Shown: positions 1 through 13,507, counted from the stretch's first letter. The stretch is DNA of 64,000 bases from Octopus sinensis (GCF_006345805.1 NC_042999.1:107074001-107138000); one strand, 5' to 3'. The notes: a model not told the origin generated them from the letters alone. Translations and numbers: made by a program.

Positions 1-127
1 ACTTCGGCATCTGAAACTCAGAGTTTTATCTTGACTACCGAGTAATGTAACATATTGTATAGATAAATTTCTTCTATTTACATAATATTGAGGTCTCTTT
101 CTTTCTTTTGTTATCTTACCGTTTTAT

Positions 128-129
<2 letters not shown>

Positions 130-190
<61 letters not shown>
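130..190. repeat. (AT)n microsatellite
   Basis: Perfect AT run. Confidence 0.95.
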
Positions 191-195
<5 letters not shown>

Positions 196-703
196 GGTAT
201 GTTTCAAAATCTGTTTGCATGTGAATTTATGTGACAGTGTGAGTGTGTGTGTATATGTGTGTGTCGTTGTAAGGTCAAATCTATATCTGACTCCACCACT
301 GCATCATCATTGATTCCACAATTCGATCAGTTTTTGGCAAGTCACGCTTGTTAATCCAAGCATCACACACTCAGTAATGCCAATATAAATGGTTTCACAA
401 AGTCCATGAAAACAGAAGACATCTGGAGGTTTCCATGGCATCACTGATTGAACCATTTCTATTCTTTGACATATCAGACAATGTCAGTTGAAATGTAACA
501 GCTTTCTCTTCAAATGTCATTGAAAGTAATTTCATTTTTTTTCTCTTCTTAAATACAGAATTTCTTGTTCATTGTTTAGACTGATACCAACTGAGACCAA
601 AATCGGTTTATAGCATATATTTGAGGGTCTGTATAACCAAGATTAACGTTATAGATTCATTCATTCTCTCCCACACTCTCTCTCATTCAATCATTTATTC
701 CTT

Positions 704-849
704 CATACATACGTACATGCATACATACGTACATGCATACATACATACATACATACATACGTACATGCATACATACGTACATGCATACATACATACATAC
801 ATACATACATACATACATACATACATGCATACATATATACATACATACT
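704..849. repeat. (CATA)n compound microsatellite
   Basis: CATA/CGTA/CATG tetramers; explains ORF 621..878. Confidence 0.9.
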
Positions 850-879
850 TTCATGTCAATCACTTATGTCGCTATTAGT

Positions 880-1385
880 TTTATGGTTTTCTTTTAGATC
901 ATCCATATGTCTCTCATCAAGTACACTGTCATTGCTCCTTTCATGCGCAATGAGATTACCCTTATTAGTAAGAACTGTATTTTCATTGTTGTCTCTGCTG
1001 CTATTTTCCATGACCCATCTTTTGATAGCTTCGAGCTCTACTTCTGTGAACCAACAATTTTTCTTATTGCTCTAGCTTGATCACATAGCCTCTGTTCCGT
1101 GAGTTCAAACAGTCCCTTTTCTCTCCAATGATCATACACACATTGTCGGTAACCCTTAATTTGAGTACCATTTTCATCTACCGGGTTGCTCAAGTAGTAA
1201 CACTCCATGACCACAGCATTAATTTGCTTGCTCCATCTACGCTGTGTATGGTGGTCCCTTTCTGGATATGGACAGGCTGGAGCCAGACCAGAATCTCTGA
1301 GCCTACCAGGTGTTAAACTGTCACCATCATTGGCTTCAGTTTCATTACCACGATTATTCACAATATTTTGCGTTTTCATTGTCAC
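880..1385 (-). mobile_element. N-terminal fragment of an RLE-type (R4/Dong-like) non-LTR retrotransposon
   Basis: RRWSKQINAVVMECYY...YRQCVYDHWREKGLFELTEQRLCDQARAIRK continues after a frameshift near 1060 as CWFTEVELEAIKRWV, resembling the N-terminal domain of such elements. Confidence 0.6.
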
Positions 1386-1919
1386 TCATATGAGATAGCA
1401 ATTATCACATTGCACAATTACCAATGTTTTTATTGTGACACCATCACTAGATGTATCATTACTAGCCCATAAGGAGGCTCCATCCATTTCCTTTCATTAT
1501 TATTATTATTATTATCATCACAGATATCATTGATATTATTGGTTTTATGTGTAGTAGCAGAAGTGGTTGCAGCCACAGCAACAGTATCTGGGGTGGGGAA
1601 GTGGTTAAGGTGGTAGCTGGACCTTAGAATCCTGTGCTATCATAATAGTAGTAGTTGTAGTATTATTGTAGTATTAGTAGCATTTAGTACCAGCAGCTGC
1701 AGCATATTATTTTTATTTTTATTTTTTCCTTATCACCATCACCACCACTACCATTGTTGGAGGAGATACTTGAGCAGCAGTTTGGTGAATAGATCATATA
1801 GTACAGGTCGATAAATAAACTTGGCAAATAGTGGAGAGGTCAGCCATAGAGACAAAAGAATCTTTGGGTCAGCAGAGGTCAAATGTGTTTACTACTACCA
1901 GTGGCCGCTGGTATTATTA

Positions 1920-1955
<36 letters not shown>

Positions 1956-2499
1956 CATTATTAGATTTTGGAATCGATCTGGTACTGGACAAGAATTCTG
2001 GATTATTTTTCTTTGTTTTTTTACTTAAGTTTTGAGAGCAGTCAGTTTCATTTTTAGTATTCTCATTTGTGAGAACAGTGAAGTTTATTTCAGATATTCT
2101 CATTCTAAAAATCCTCTCTGGCTAATCGTTGGAGAACGTTGATGTTGCCTCGATGGAGGTTTGTGCCCTCTGAGTGCTCTCGGTATTATTATGTTTTAGC
2201 CAGAAGCAAGGAGATGTGCCCATATACTTCGCAGGTTTTTGGGACTGTTAAGATTGATATGGCTAACATTCTTCTTGAACATTTTCTCTGTTGATGAAAA
2301 GAATAAAGGCTCAGGCAGAGAGAGAAACTTTTGAATAGATGAGGACTTGATGAGGAAGGATTGGTTGTAGTGTGTGGCTTGAAGGAGAACTCAATACAGG
2401 TGATGAACATAAGAAAAGAAAATGAGCAACCCAGGTTTGGCTGGGTAGATGTGGCATGAGATCATCTAGCCCTGAAGATTAGCAACCACTTTAGCAGTA

Positions 2500-3110
2500 A
2501 CTACAGCAACAATGGTGACGGTGCTGGTGAGAGTAGAGTGGTAGGGGTGGTGCTGATGGTAGTGGTGATGGCAGTGGTAGTTGCAGCAGTATTGGTTGCA
2601 GTGATAGTAGCAGCAGTAGCATTGACAGCAGTGGCAGTGGTGGTGGTAGGAGCAGCAGTGGTTGCAGCAGCAATAGCAGAGAAATGGTGGCAACAATGGC
2701 AACAGCATTGGTGGCAGCAATGATGGCAACAGCAGCAGCAGCCGTCCAAGAATTTGGACCTGGAAATCTCCATTTCCAGCGACTTTGAGGGCCACCTCCC
2801 AGTGGTGTTGGGCATCAATGAAGAGCCCTCGTCTACAACAAGACGAGCAAATTTTTTTTTTTTTTCCAAGGTCTGGGGTCTCCCACCCCGAAACCCTAGA
2901 CCATCACCTAATCACCCTTGTCACCTAATCACCTAATCACCGTCTTGTTGCTTAACAACAAGAACAACAGCAGCAGAAGAGACAGCAAAGGTAGTGGCAG
3001 CAGTAAAAAGGCTGTAAAGGCAGCAGCAAAGGTGGCACCAGCATTAGTGGTGGTGATGGTGATGGTGGTGGTTATAGTAGTGCCAGGAGAAAAAGCAGTG
3101 AGAAAAGAGA
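2500..3110. repeat. Degenerate GGT/GCA triplet low-complexity tract
   Basis: Decayed triplet repeats giving poly-V/A/T/H/C ORFs in several frames; short TCACCTAATCACC repeats at about 2904-2941. Confidence 0.8.
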
Positions 3111-3419
3111 AGCAACTTATTTTTGAATAAAGCATTAAGCTGTATTAGTGATACACTTTCATGTCAATCATTTGAGTGCTCCTCCTTTACATGCTGTCGA
3201 TGATGTCTGTGTGTCTGACAGGAGCACCATTCCAAATGTGGGAATGGTATGGCATTGCATGTGTAAAGTAGGGGTAGTGGAGTTGATTATCTGAGGTTTC
3301 TAGACAGCTATTAGTTATTGGGAAATGAGGTATTTTTTGATCTAGAAAAGAAGGCCAGTCTTTGAGATAGAGTTTTGGCTATATGGTCAATGTATGCTGA
3401 TGTTTCTGTTACAAGCATT

Positions 3420-3612
3420 TAGCTCCAGCCATCAAAGGGGCCTCTAAATTGTTACTTGTCCTGTAAGAAATACCAACTAAATATCCCTCAAATTACATTC
3501 TCCTTTCTTATATAGATACAAGACACATTAAGAAAATGTTTTTCTACATAACCCTAAAAAGATGGAATGTCTTTACAACAGGAATGTCTTTGCTCAAAGA
3601 CCTGCTCAGTTA
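3420..3612. repeat. Old dispersed repeat, unclassified (family G)
   Basis: Shares the (rc) GGGTGTAATCTGAG..GA..TT.GTTG.TATTTCTAGCAG motif with 25170-25215 and 57212-57245; related pieces at about 7245-7535, 36290-36560 and 40860-41010. Confidence 0.5.
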
Positions 3613-3781
3613 TAGAATTATTATCATCGTTGTTTATATAATTACTGTTGAATAACACAAAGCAGCTGCGTTAGAGTATTACTGATTCAGTGAAGGACAT
3701 GTGTTTGATTAATTTCATATGCCCTAGGAAGTAGAGAATCTGACATACTGGAACTGATCTTTCATCTTCCATCTTATACAG

Positions 3782-3805
3782 AGAATTTACAAGCTGAACG
3801 TTTAG
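3782..3805 (+). CDS. Candidate 24-nt coding microexon A of an unidentified gene
   Basis: ctttcatcttccatcttatacag|AGAATTTACAAGCTGAACGTTTAG|gtaaga; phase 1 to 1, (E)NLQAERL; chains in frame to exon B. Confidence 0.4.
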   Translation, partial: RIYKLNV

Positions 3806-3940
3806 GTAAGACTGAAATTATATAAATTAGGAGGGATAGTAAAGAGGCAATGGGTGAACTTTACAAAGTGGTTGCAGAGAGGATATTAAACTAATTAATA
3901 TTATCCACTGCATAACATGCAAATTTTGCAATGCATTGTA

Positions 3941-4888
3941 CATCATCATCATCATCGTTTAACGTCCGTTCTCCATGCTAGCATGGGTTGGACGGTTTGA
4001 CCGGGGATCTGGGAAGCCAGAAGGCTGCACCAGGCTCCAGTCTTATCTGGCAGTGTTTCTACAGCTGGATGCCCTTCCTAACGCCAACCACTCCATGAGT
4101 GTAGTGGGTGCTTTTTACATGCCACCTGCACAGGTGCCAGGTGAGGCTGGCAACGGCCACATCGGATTGGTACATTTTATGTGCCACCGGCACGGAAGCC
4201 AGTCGAGGCGATGCTGGCATCGGCCATGATTCAGATAGCGCTTTTTACGTACTACTGGCACAGAAGCCAGTCTAGGCGGCGCTGGCATCGGCCACCTTCA
4301 GATGGTGCTGTTTACGTGCCACCGGCTCAGGGATCACACTGCAGTTTCCATTGATTTTGATGTCGGTGTACTTGACTCAATGGATCTCCTCAAGCACAGG
4401 GTCGAAATGGTGTTTCTTCACTTGCCACCTGCACAGGAGTCAGTCCAGCGGTCCTGGCAACTGCCGGGTGCCAGTCATAGGATTGGTTCAATTTCTATTC
4501 TGATTTTGATTTCACTTGCCCCAACAGGTCTTCGCAAGCAGAGTTTAGTGTCCCATGAAGGTGGGTTGGCATGGGTGCCTGTCGTCGGATGAGGTTCGAT
4601 TTTGACTTTGCTTGCCTCAACAGGTCTTTGTGTGTCCAAGGGAGGAAAGACATGCATAAGTGGGCTGGACTCACTTGTCCTGCCTGGTCTTCTCATGCAC
4701 AGCATATTTCCAAAGGTCTCGGTCACTGGTCATTGCCTTGGTGAGGCCTAAAGTTCGAAGGTCGTGCTTCACCACCTCATCCCAGGTTTTCCTGGGTCTA
4801 CCTCTTCCATGGGTTCCCTCAACTGCTAGGGATTGGCACTTTTTCACACACCTATCTTCATCCATTCTCGCCACATGACCATACCAGC
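3941..4888 (-). mobile_element. RTE-clade LINE 3' fragment (ORF C-terminus, 3' UTR, (ATG)n tail)
   Basis: RWYGHVARMDEDRCVKKC...GRGRPRKTWDEVVKHDLRTLGL; 3' UTR with tandem ~65-bp units; CATCATCAT tail at 3941. Confidence 0.9.
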
Positions 4889-6207
4889 GCAAGCCTCTTC
4901 ATAGTTATGTTTCACTGCATGTGGGTAAGACCTGTGGACTACACTTTTCTTTCCACTGGTGACTCTATTAACCACCTTTCAGTGTCTAGATTTTTCAAAC
5001 ACCACAGTCTCACACATTATTGCAAACATAAAGAGAAGCAGCTAAACTTCAAATTGAACACTGATTCACTCATGGGTGTTAATGAATGCTCTCTTCCTTT
5101 GTAATTTTTTTCCTTTCTCATTATTTATTTATGAATTTATTGTACAAATGATATGAAATCTACAACAATATAATACTGGTTTAATTTCATATCCACTGAA
5201 TGATGAATGAATTAGCAATTAATAAGAGTCAAATACAAATATGTATTCATTAGAAATACTATCTTAACCATCTTGATTTTCAGTTAATTTGACTAATTGT
5301 CATTTAATCCTGTATTTTAAGTTTGTAACCAACTAATATATGTTGTGCAGAAATATAGATGGAAGAGAAATTTGGTTGCTAAATTAATTACTTAATTAAT
5401 TTAACATAAAATTGATTTCACTTCTCCCAACTAGATGCATCATTTATCAGCTTTGTACAAGTAATTATAGTAATTATTCATCTTCAATATAGTTATTTTG
5501 TCTCTGGATACTAAAGAGACTCATCATACAATAATATATGGAATTATTTTTATAATACTAGCACATATTTGAATATTTATCTGATGAAAGAAAATTATGT
5601 AATGGCAATAGCCATCTTTCAAATTTTTATTAAAATTTCAAAATGCAGAGAGCTTGCAGAATTATTAACATGCTGTATTAAATATTTAGTGGCATTTCTT
5701 TGGCTATTTACATTCTAAACTCACATTCTACTTCAGCCGACTTTGCCTTGTGTCCTGTTGAGCATTGGGGTTGACACAATCAATTAACACCCTCATTTTA
5801 AAATTACTGGACAAAATTTGCCAAAATTTGAAACTATTATAATTTCAAAAGTACATAATGATGATGAAATAGTTCGCTACTATATGGATAGCTACTGTGC
5901 ATCTATACTTGAAACAGATGTAAGAGACTATCTGTGCATTCTTATTTCGTTCTCTTTTATGATCTATACTCTTGTTGTGATAATTCAACCCTCATGTTTA
6001 GATATATAATTTTCATAATCAAACTTCACACCAGTTGCTTGCTTGTTTACACTTTTATTCTAATATATACATACCTGCTCAATTGATAAACCACCTATAG
6101 TCAATTGACACTAGGCAGCTATAACATACCTGCTTTTAGTTGCAATTCAAGCCAACCTGAGAACTAAATGTATATACAGCTTACTTTATATTATCAAATG
6201 TGATATT

Positions 6208-6422
6208 GGTTTCAAATTTTGGTGCAAGGCCCAGAATTATGGAAGAGGGAAAGTAAGTGGACTATATCCACCCCAGTGTTCAACTAGAGTTAATTTTTTT
6301 GACTACACAAGGATTAAAGGCAAAGCCAACTTCAGCATCATTTGAACTCAGCTCATGAAGACAGATGAAATACTGCTAAGCATTTTGCCCAGTGTGCCAA
6401 TGATTCTGCCAGCTCACCAGCT
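6208..6422 (-). mobile_element. tRNA-headed SINE, family A
   Basis: rc core ..GTTGGCTTTGCCTTTAATCCTTG..; flanked by 19-bp TSD TATTATCA(A/G)ATGT(G/A)ATATT at 6189-6207 and 6423-6441. Confidence 0.8.
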
Positions 6423-6571
6423 TATTATCAGATGTAATATTCCCTGAACTATATATACATATATACTGAACTACAAAAGAAACATCATGCTGCAAAAGAT
6501 TATTTATTTTACACACAATATTGAGATTATATGGACTTTATCACATTTCTAGGTAATTTGACATCAGACAT

Positions 6572-6757
6572 CAGTTACAGACACTAGGCAGATGATGCTA
6601 CGAGCCGAATTAAAAGATTACCTCTCTTATGCTTTTTCAGTCACCATACGATGACTGGTATCACTAAACAGTGGCTCACAGTACGGTGACTGGAAAAGCA
6701 TAAGAGAGGTACTCTCTTAATTCAGCTCAAGCATTGTCTGCCTAGTGTCTGTGACAG
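6572..6757. mobile_element. Hairpin MITE-like element
   Basis: Inverted arms of about 75-80 bp (CAGACACTAGGCAGA...CCTCTCTTATGCTTTT.CAGTCACC) around a short loop. Confidence 0.65.
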
Positions 6758-8064
6758 CTACTCTGAAATGCTAGCATCTCACAGTCTAGGTAAGTGGTAC
6801 TGCCAGCTGATCTAGGTGTATACACACCAGCTGTCAACAAGTGATATATATATACTCCATAACAAAATGCAGTGAGTAGCTTGTTCCCCAGTTTGACCGT
6901 GCATCAAACATATTCAGACACATAACAACATTGCAATTTTACTTATCACTGCTTAGTGCTCCCTGTCTGTAAATTACAGAGTAGTGTTATTTCATTATTA
7001 TTTCTAATAAATAGAGGACTCCAGTTGATGTGCTACATAAGATGTTTCCGCTATTGTCACCTGGGTAGAATGTTTGAAGCATTTTGTTTTTTGCCATATG
7101 ATACAACTCAAACATTTGCTTGACAACTGTTTCTTGTATCATCAATATTTCCACTTTAAGATATAAACACATAGTTAATATTTCCTTGATATGGATGTAA
7201 AGCAATTTCTAACATCTAAATGTATTTCCTAAACTAAAATATCTACACGAAACCATAGTATCACTTTGAAAGTCATGTTAAACACACAGACACATGTCTG
7301 TGCAAACATAAGCTTCCTTTTCTAAACCTCTAAGATATAGGATCCAGTAAACTAACCACAACATAATCATTCAATTTACTAGATATAGAAGCCATATCTT
7401 TCTCAACTCACAAGTTTTAAAAGAAGAATGCCATTTTCAATAACATGTACCACAAGACATTATGTTTGAAAGAAAAGCCAATATAGTCAATGCTGAGACA
7501 TCTTTGATCATAGGTCAGCTTGATCACAGATGACATGAAAATATACTGTTATATAGTATCAGCTTTCATTTTCTCACCAACAGAACGATAAATGGATTAG
7601 CAATTCCAGAGAATCAAACACAACTCTGCCAGATACTGAATATCTCATCAAAAATACTATCTGAAACATCATTGCCAACTGTCTTTTAATCCTCTATCTT
7701 GAGTTTGTGGCCAACCAATATAGGATGAGCAGAAATAGAGTTAGAAGAGAGATTTAGTTGCTAAATTGCTAGCTTAATTACTTCATCATAAAATTGATTT
7801 TATTTCCCTTGGCTATATACATTCTTTATCAGGTTTTGTACAAGTAATTATACATCTTAAATATACTTAAGTCTTATTCTGTCTCTGGACATTAAAGAGA
7901 CTCATCATACTAAATATAAATAATATATTGATTATTTTTTTAAGCATCCACATATTTTGTATTTATTTAATAATTGAAAATGATGTAATGGGCTTAGTTA
8001 TCCTTTGAAGTTTGTGTTATAATTTCAACTACGTACATACATTCATACATACATACATACATAC

Positions 8065-8105
<41 letters not shown>

Positions 8106-8238
8106 CATACATACACATACATACATATATATATGTATATACATACATTCACAGACATATATATATACATGTATATCTACCTATCCATATATACATATAT
8201 ATCTATCTATATATATATACATACATATATATATATAT

Positions 8239-8500
8239 CATCATCATCATCATCATCATCATCATCGTTTAACGTCCGCTTTCCATGCTAGCATGGGTTG
8301 GACGGTTCAACTGGGGTCTGGCAAGCCCGAAGGCTGCACCAGGCCAGTCAGATCTGGCAGTGTTTCTACAGCTGGATGCCCTTCCTAACGCCAACCACTC
8401 CGAGAGTGTAGTGGGTGATTTTATGTGCCACCGACACAGGTGCCAGACGAGGCTGGCAGACGGCCACGCTCGGATGGTGTTTTTTATGTGCCACCGACAC
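8239..8500 (-). mobile_element. RTE 3'-end / Ceph-like SINE copy
   Basis: (CAT)n GTTTAACGTCCGCTTTCCATGCTAGCATGGGTTGG...GGATGCCCTTCCTAACGCCAAC, as at 3941. Confidence 0.85.
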
Positions 8501-8510
8501 ATATATATAT

Positions 8511-8545
<35 letters not shown>

Positions 8546-8939
8546 CATGCATATGTAATTGAGGCAGTATTTAGAATAGCTGTCTATATGTCACACTTAA
8601 TGCATATGCACTGTCGATATGTCAGAAACTACATCATTTGTCATAAGATATCTCCTATTTTTCTCTCTTCCTGATATTTATTGTGTTTTTAACATAATAA
8701 ATATCAGGCTGAAACAAAAATTTGTCACACCAGTAGCCAGCAAGAGCAAGGGATGCATTTTGGCCTTTTTAGACCTTTTCAATGGCATGTAATTGCAACC
8801 TGCCACTGGCTTTGGTTAGGAATTTGTCAACACTGATATAGGAAAAGGTTAATAAAACAGATAGTGATGTGAATAGCTTCCCAGTTGATTAAAACCCACT
8901 GTACACAACTGAAATAGTATTTGAATAAAATACTTGTCT

Positions 8940-9828
8940 GTGAGGAGGTACCCAAAAGTAACCCAAAACGTTCTCTGTTAGACAAGCCCATTGTTGTTCA
9001 GGCTTCCACCACTAGAAGTCACTTGATGCCACCCTCAAGCATCATTGAATGAAATCAAACTGCCACGTGGTACGTTTTTGTTTTGCAGTGCTTCTTCCCC
9101 CATTTGTCAATTTTTGTGATGGCTGAAATGAAGGAACAGCATGCTTCCATAAAATTCTATTTTCCAGAAGAGAAAATGGCAGCCAAAACAGTTGTCATGC
9201 TTCAAACAGTTAACAAGGAAACTGCCATGAGCAAAACACAAGTTTACAAGTAGTTTTCATGCTTTAGGAATGGTCACTTGTCGTTTGAAGACCAACTTCA
9301 TTCAGAGCATCTGTAAACTTCCCAAATTAAGGAAAAAATCATGAAAATTCATGAACTGATTTTGGGGGACCATCACTCAACAATTGATGAACTTGTTGAT
9401 ATGATCAGTGTGTCCTGGAGCACCTGCCAATGAACTTTGAGCAAGGAACTGTGAATGAAAGGAGTACAGCAAAATTTTCACCTCACTTGCTCAGAGAAGA
9501 TGAAAAGTAGTCACAACTGAATGCATGTCATTAACTGAAAGAGAAGGTTGGAAATTGATCCAAACCTGTTCTAGAAGGTTATCACTGGTGACAAAAGCTG
9601 ATGCTATGGAATTTGCTAATCTGGAAGAGGTGAACAAAACACGATGGAGGTTTTAAAAGGCTTCACTTTGCAAGAGTTCCAGCACTGCTGTGAACAGTGA
9701 AAAATGAGTCTAAACCATTGCCTTGCTTGAAATGGAGAATAATTTGAAGGCAATAAGAGTATAAAGTTGTAAATCTAAGTGAATAAAATAATATTGCAGC
9801 ATTCTGGTTTCTTTTGGGTATCCCCTCG
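8940..9828 (+). mobile_element. Decayed, internally deleted mariner element
   Basis: Degenerate TIRs (GTGAGGAGGTACCCAAAAGTAACC vs rc ACGAGGGGATACCCAAAAGAAACC); residual transposase text EQHASIKFYF...AMSKTQVY...FRNGHLSFEDQ with many stops. Confidence 0.7.
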
Positions 9829-9867
9829 TGTGTGTGTGTTTATATACAGACAGATAGACAGATAGAT

Positions 9868-10078
9868 ATCATTGTCATCATCGTCATCCTTTAACGTCCA
9901 TTTTCTATGCTGGTATGGGTTGGATGGTTTGACAATGATCCAATGAGCCCAAAAACTGCATCATGTTCCAGTGTCTGCTTTGGCTTGGCTTGTAAGCTGG
10001 ATACCCATCCTAATGCCAAACACATTACAGTGTGTATGGATGCATTTTTTGTGCTACCAGCACTACTAATCTTCCCAT
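9868..10078 (-). mobile_element. Degenerate RTE 3'-end / Ceph-like copy
   Basis: CATCATCGTCATCCTTTAACGTCCATTTTCTATGCTGG...GGATACCCATCCTAATGCCAA. Confidence 0.7.
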
Positions 10079-10382
10079 GACACTCACAAGTCAATAATAT
10101 TGGGAGCTGTGTATGGGATTAATGTACTGCTTTTAAAATATTACCAGAAATAAATTTTTAATTAATGAGTTGTTAAGCGGTGTTTAGTTTAAGACAAATG
10201 GTTAATGATGCTCTTTGATGATGTCAATCTTGGTGCAAGTGTGCCTATATAAGAAAATTAGTTCACAGTTACAAGTTTCAGAATTTGATCCCAGTGTGCT
10301 ACACCTTATGTTAGTGTCTTTTACCATAACTTTGAGTTAACCCAAGGCTTGTGATTGAAACCAGTTGGTAGGACCTATAGTT

Positions 10383-10682
10383 TATTCCTTCTCGAGCCAT
10401 GCCTGGCTCATAAGGGCTGGTTTCCTCGTTTCCTTGGTGTATAGGTTTCCCACCTGAATGGGACACCGGCCCATCGCAGGTGAGCTGTAAGATGCAGGAG
10501 GAAAGAGTGAGAGAAAGTTGTGGCAAAAGAGTCAGCAGAAGTTCGCCATTACATTCTGCTGGAGCCGCGTAGTGCTTAGGTGTTTCGCTCATAAACACAC
10601 ACATCGCCCGGTCTGAGATTCAAACCCACGATCCCTCGAGCATGAGTCCACTGCTCTAACCACTAAGCCATGTGCCCTCACT
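10383..10682 (-). mobile_element. tRNA-headed SINE, family D head with GCGATGG..GTCCCAT.CAGG tail
   Basis: rc begins GGCACATGGCTTAGTGGTTAGAGCAGTGGACTCATG...GGTTTGAATC (A/B boxes); head shared with 38680-39022, tail with 21275-21487. Confidence 0.8.
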
Positions 10683-10886
10683 AGAACCTATAGCGAGGTG
10701 GTTAATATTGTAAAAGGTATCAATTTTGCTAATCTAAACTCATTGTCCAGTACTCTATCGACTCAGCAACTGCACTCTCTATTACTTCTAAAGAAAAACT
10801 TCTAATTACAATGTAACTCCATTAGACATAGGAAGCCTCTTCCTTAGTGTACCTGCTGAAAACATGATTGCAATGTATCCAATAAA

Positions 10887-10957
<71 letters not shown>

Positions 10958-11399
10958 ATGTCTACACATCATAAACAGAAACTCCTTTTCCATACCATAT
11001 GAAATATCTAAGAAATTATTAAAATGTTGTGATTCAAAGGTTTCCTTCCAATATCTTAAATAAGAACACCATTCAAATTGACAACATGACTGTGGTAGCT
11101 ATTTTAGACAGCTTCTTCACTTTCCTATTTGCAATGATAAAGATGACACACTTCTGTACATCGATAATGTCTTTCCAATAGTGATAAAGTAGAAGATATG
11201 CAGCAATACAAAAAAAAATCACTATATAAAAATTTACCTACAATCTCAGTGTCAATAATAAAATTCCATTCCAAGATATAAATATAGAAAATACTAATGA
11301 TAAATTAATAATGTTTCTACCCCCCCCCCACCACACACACACACTCTTTCTCTCTCTCTCTCTCATTCTCTCCTTTTCCCTCATTCTCTCTCTTTCTGT

Positions 11400-11464
11400 A
11401 ATATATATTCATGTGTGTGTAAGTATACATATATAAGTATATATAATATATATATGTGTACATA

Positions 11465-11525
<61 letters not shown>

Positions 11526-11818
11526 TGTATGTATGTCTATGGATTCATATGTGTGTATGTGTGTGTATATGCATAATATATATATATATATATGAATGAA
11601 TGTATATGTATCTATGGATTCATATGTGTGTATGTGTGTGTATATGCATAAGATATATATATATATATTATATGTATATATATGTGTGTGTGTATATATA
11701 TATATGTATATATATATGTATATATATATATGTGTGTATATATATATATGTATGTATATATATATATGTGTGTGTGTATTTATATATATATATATATATT
11801 TATGTATGTATGTATATA

Positions 11819-11880
<62 letters not shown>

Positions 11881-11885
11881 TGTAT
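11400..11885. repeat. Compound (AT)/(GT) microsatellite block with a ~75-bp tandem duplication
   Basis: CTATGGATTCATATGTGTGTATGTGTGTGTATATGCATAA occurs twice (about 11537 and 11612). Confidence 0.9.
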
Positions 11886-12314
11886 GACTGCATGTATGTA
11901 TACTTAGTCACTCAACAAATCTATATAAATGTCCATGCAAATCATCATGAGTGTTCATATAGGTACAAAATTTCAGTCATAAAAACATTAAATAAAAGTG
12001 CTCATAAAAGTTCAGACATCAAATATCTCTTAAAGATACAAACTAACGTAATTCAACCAATCCTCATCAACTAGAGGTACTTCAAATTATTAGTGAAGAA
12101 ATGCATAAAAATATCCAATGAAATACTCCATCATAAAAATACGAATAAAATGATCAAACAAAGGACAATACAATACATAAAATATACTATGGCAAACAAC
12201 AGAATCAAATACATAAATGAAATGAACCAATACTTATCAGTAATATTAAACATAGCATTAAATAACCAACAAACTAATAAGATATCATGGTCTGTGATCT
12301 GCATTACCCATAAC

Positions 12315-12533
12315 ATGAAAATATATATATATATACATATATATATATTATATGTGTGTGTTTATATGTATATATATATATATATATACGTAAAAAATAT
12401 ATATATATATATATATGTAAATATATAGATATATATATGTAAAATATATTATATATATATGTAAATATATATATATGTAAAAATATATATATATATTATA
12501 TATATATATTAATATATATAAATATATATATGT

Positions 12534-12565
<32 letters not shown>

Positions 12566-12720
12566 TGTAAATATACATATTTGTAAATATGTAAATATAT
12601 ATATGTAAATATATATATATATATGTAAATATATATATATATGTAAATATATATATATATATTATTTATATATATATGTAAATATATATATATATATGTA
12701 AATATATATATATATATATA
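12315..12720. repeat. AT-derived minisatellite (GTAAATATATAT... units)
   Basis: More than ten GTAAA(TA)n units. Confidence 0.9.
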
Positions 12721-13507
12721 TTATATATAAGGGCTTAGTAAAATAAATTACTTTGCCACATACTGAACTCATTAGAAATAGCAGCTAAAGAAATTTCTTC
12801 AGCTATTTCTAATACTTAAAGAAGATCTCTCTCAGATAGTGTTTGCCTAAACCAACTCACAAAAGTATGGGGGAAAAAACATTAAAAAATCAAGTGCAAA
12901 GGTTATTTGAGAACGTACGTTCTAGATTAGTCAATTCGACATTTCTTTCTTCAGCTCAGAATTCCTTGAATCGGATTTGGGAACACTGAAAGTCGGGAGC
13001 ATACCCTTTCGGCTTCTAATCACCTCTAGAATTCTGCTCGAACTAAAAGTGCTATCAAATTCGAATATGCAAGCGAAGAATTTCTGCTCTCCCCTTTCCA
13101 CCAGCGTGGGTTAAAATTGACAAACACCATGTATTAACGGTGAAAACCGCAGCATTTAGCAAAGAGAGATGAATTATAATTTCAACAATTGAGGGTAAAA
13201 TTAATTAATTATTAATCAATTTCACCAAGTATTCAGTATGTAAAGGGACCATTTTTTTATGTTTTTTCCCCCATACTTTTGTGAGTTGGTTTAGGCAAAC
13301 ACTATCTGAGAGAGATCTTCTTTAAGTATTAGAAATAGCTGAAGAAATTTCTTTAGCTGCTATTTCTAATGAGTTCAGTATGTGGCAAAGTAATTTATTT
13401 TACTAAGCCCTTATATATAATGTAATATTTTGAATTCGCCTATAATGGTCCCTTTACATACTGAATACTTGGTGAAATTAATTAATTAATTTTACCCTCA
13501 ATTGTTG

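Noticed and set aside
6733-6791. Exon-like segment ending AG|gtaagt
   Set aside because: Acceptor lies within the hairpin MITE and the open phase is incompatible with exon A.
12400-12720. Regularly spaced repeats resembling an array
   Set aside because: Units are GTAAA(TA)n with no unique spacers; eukaryotic context and no cas genes, so not CRISPR.
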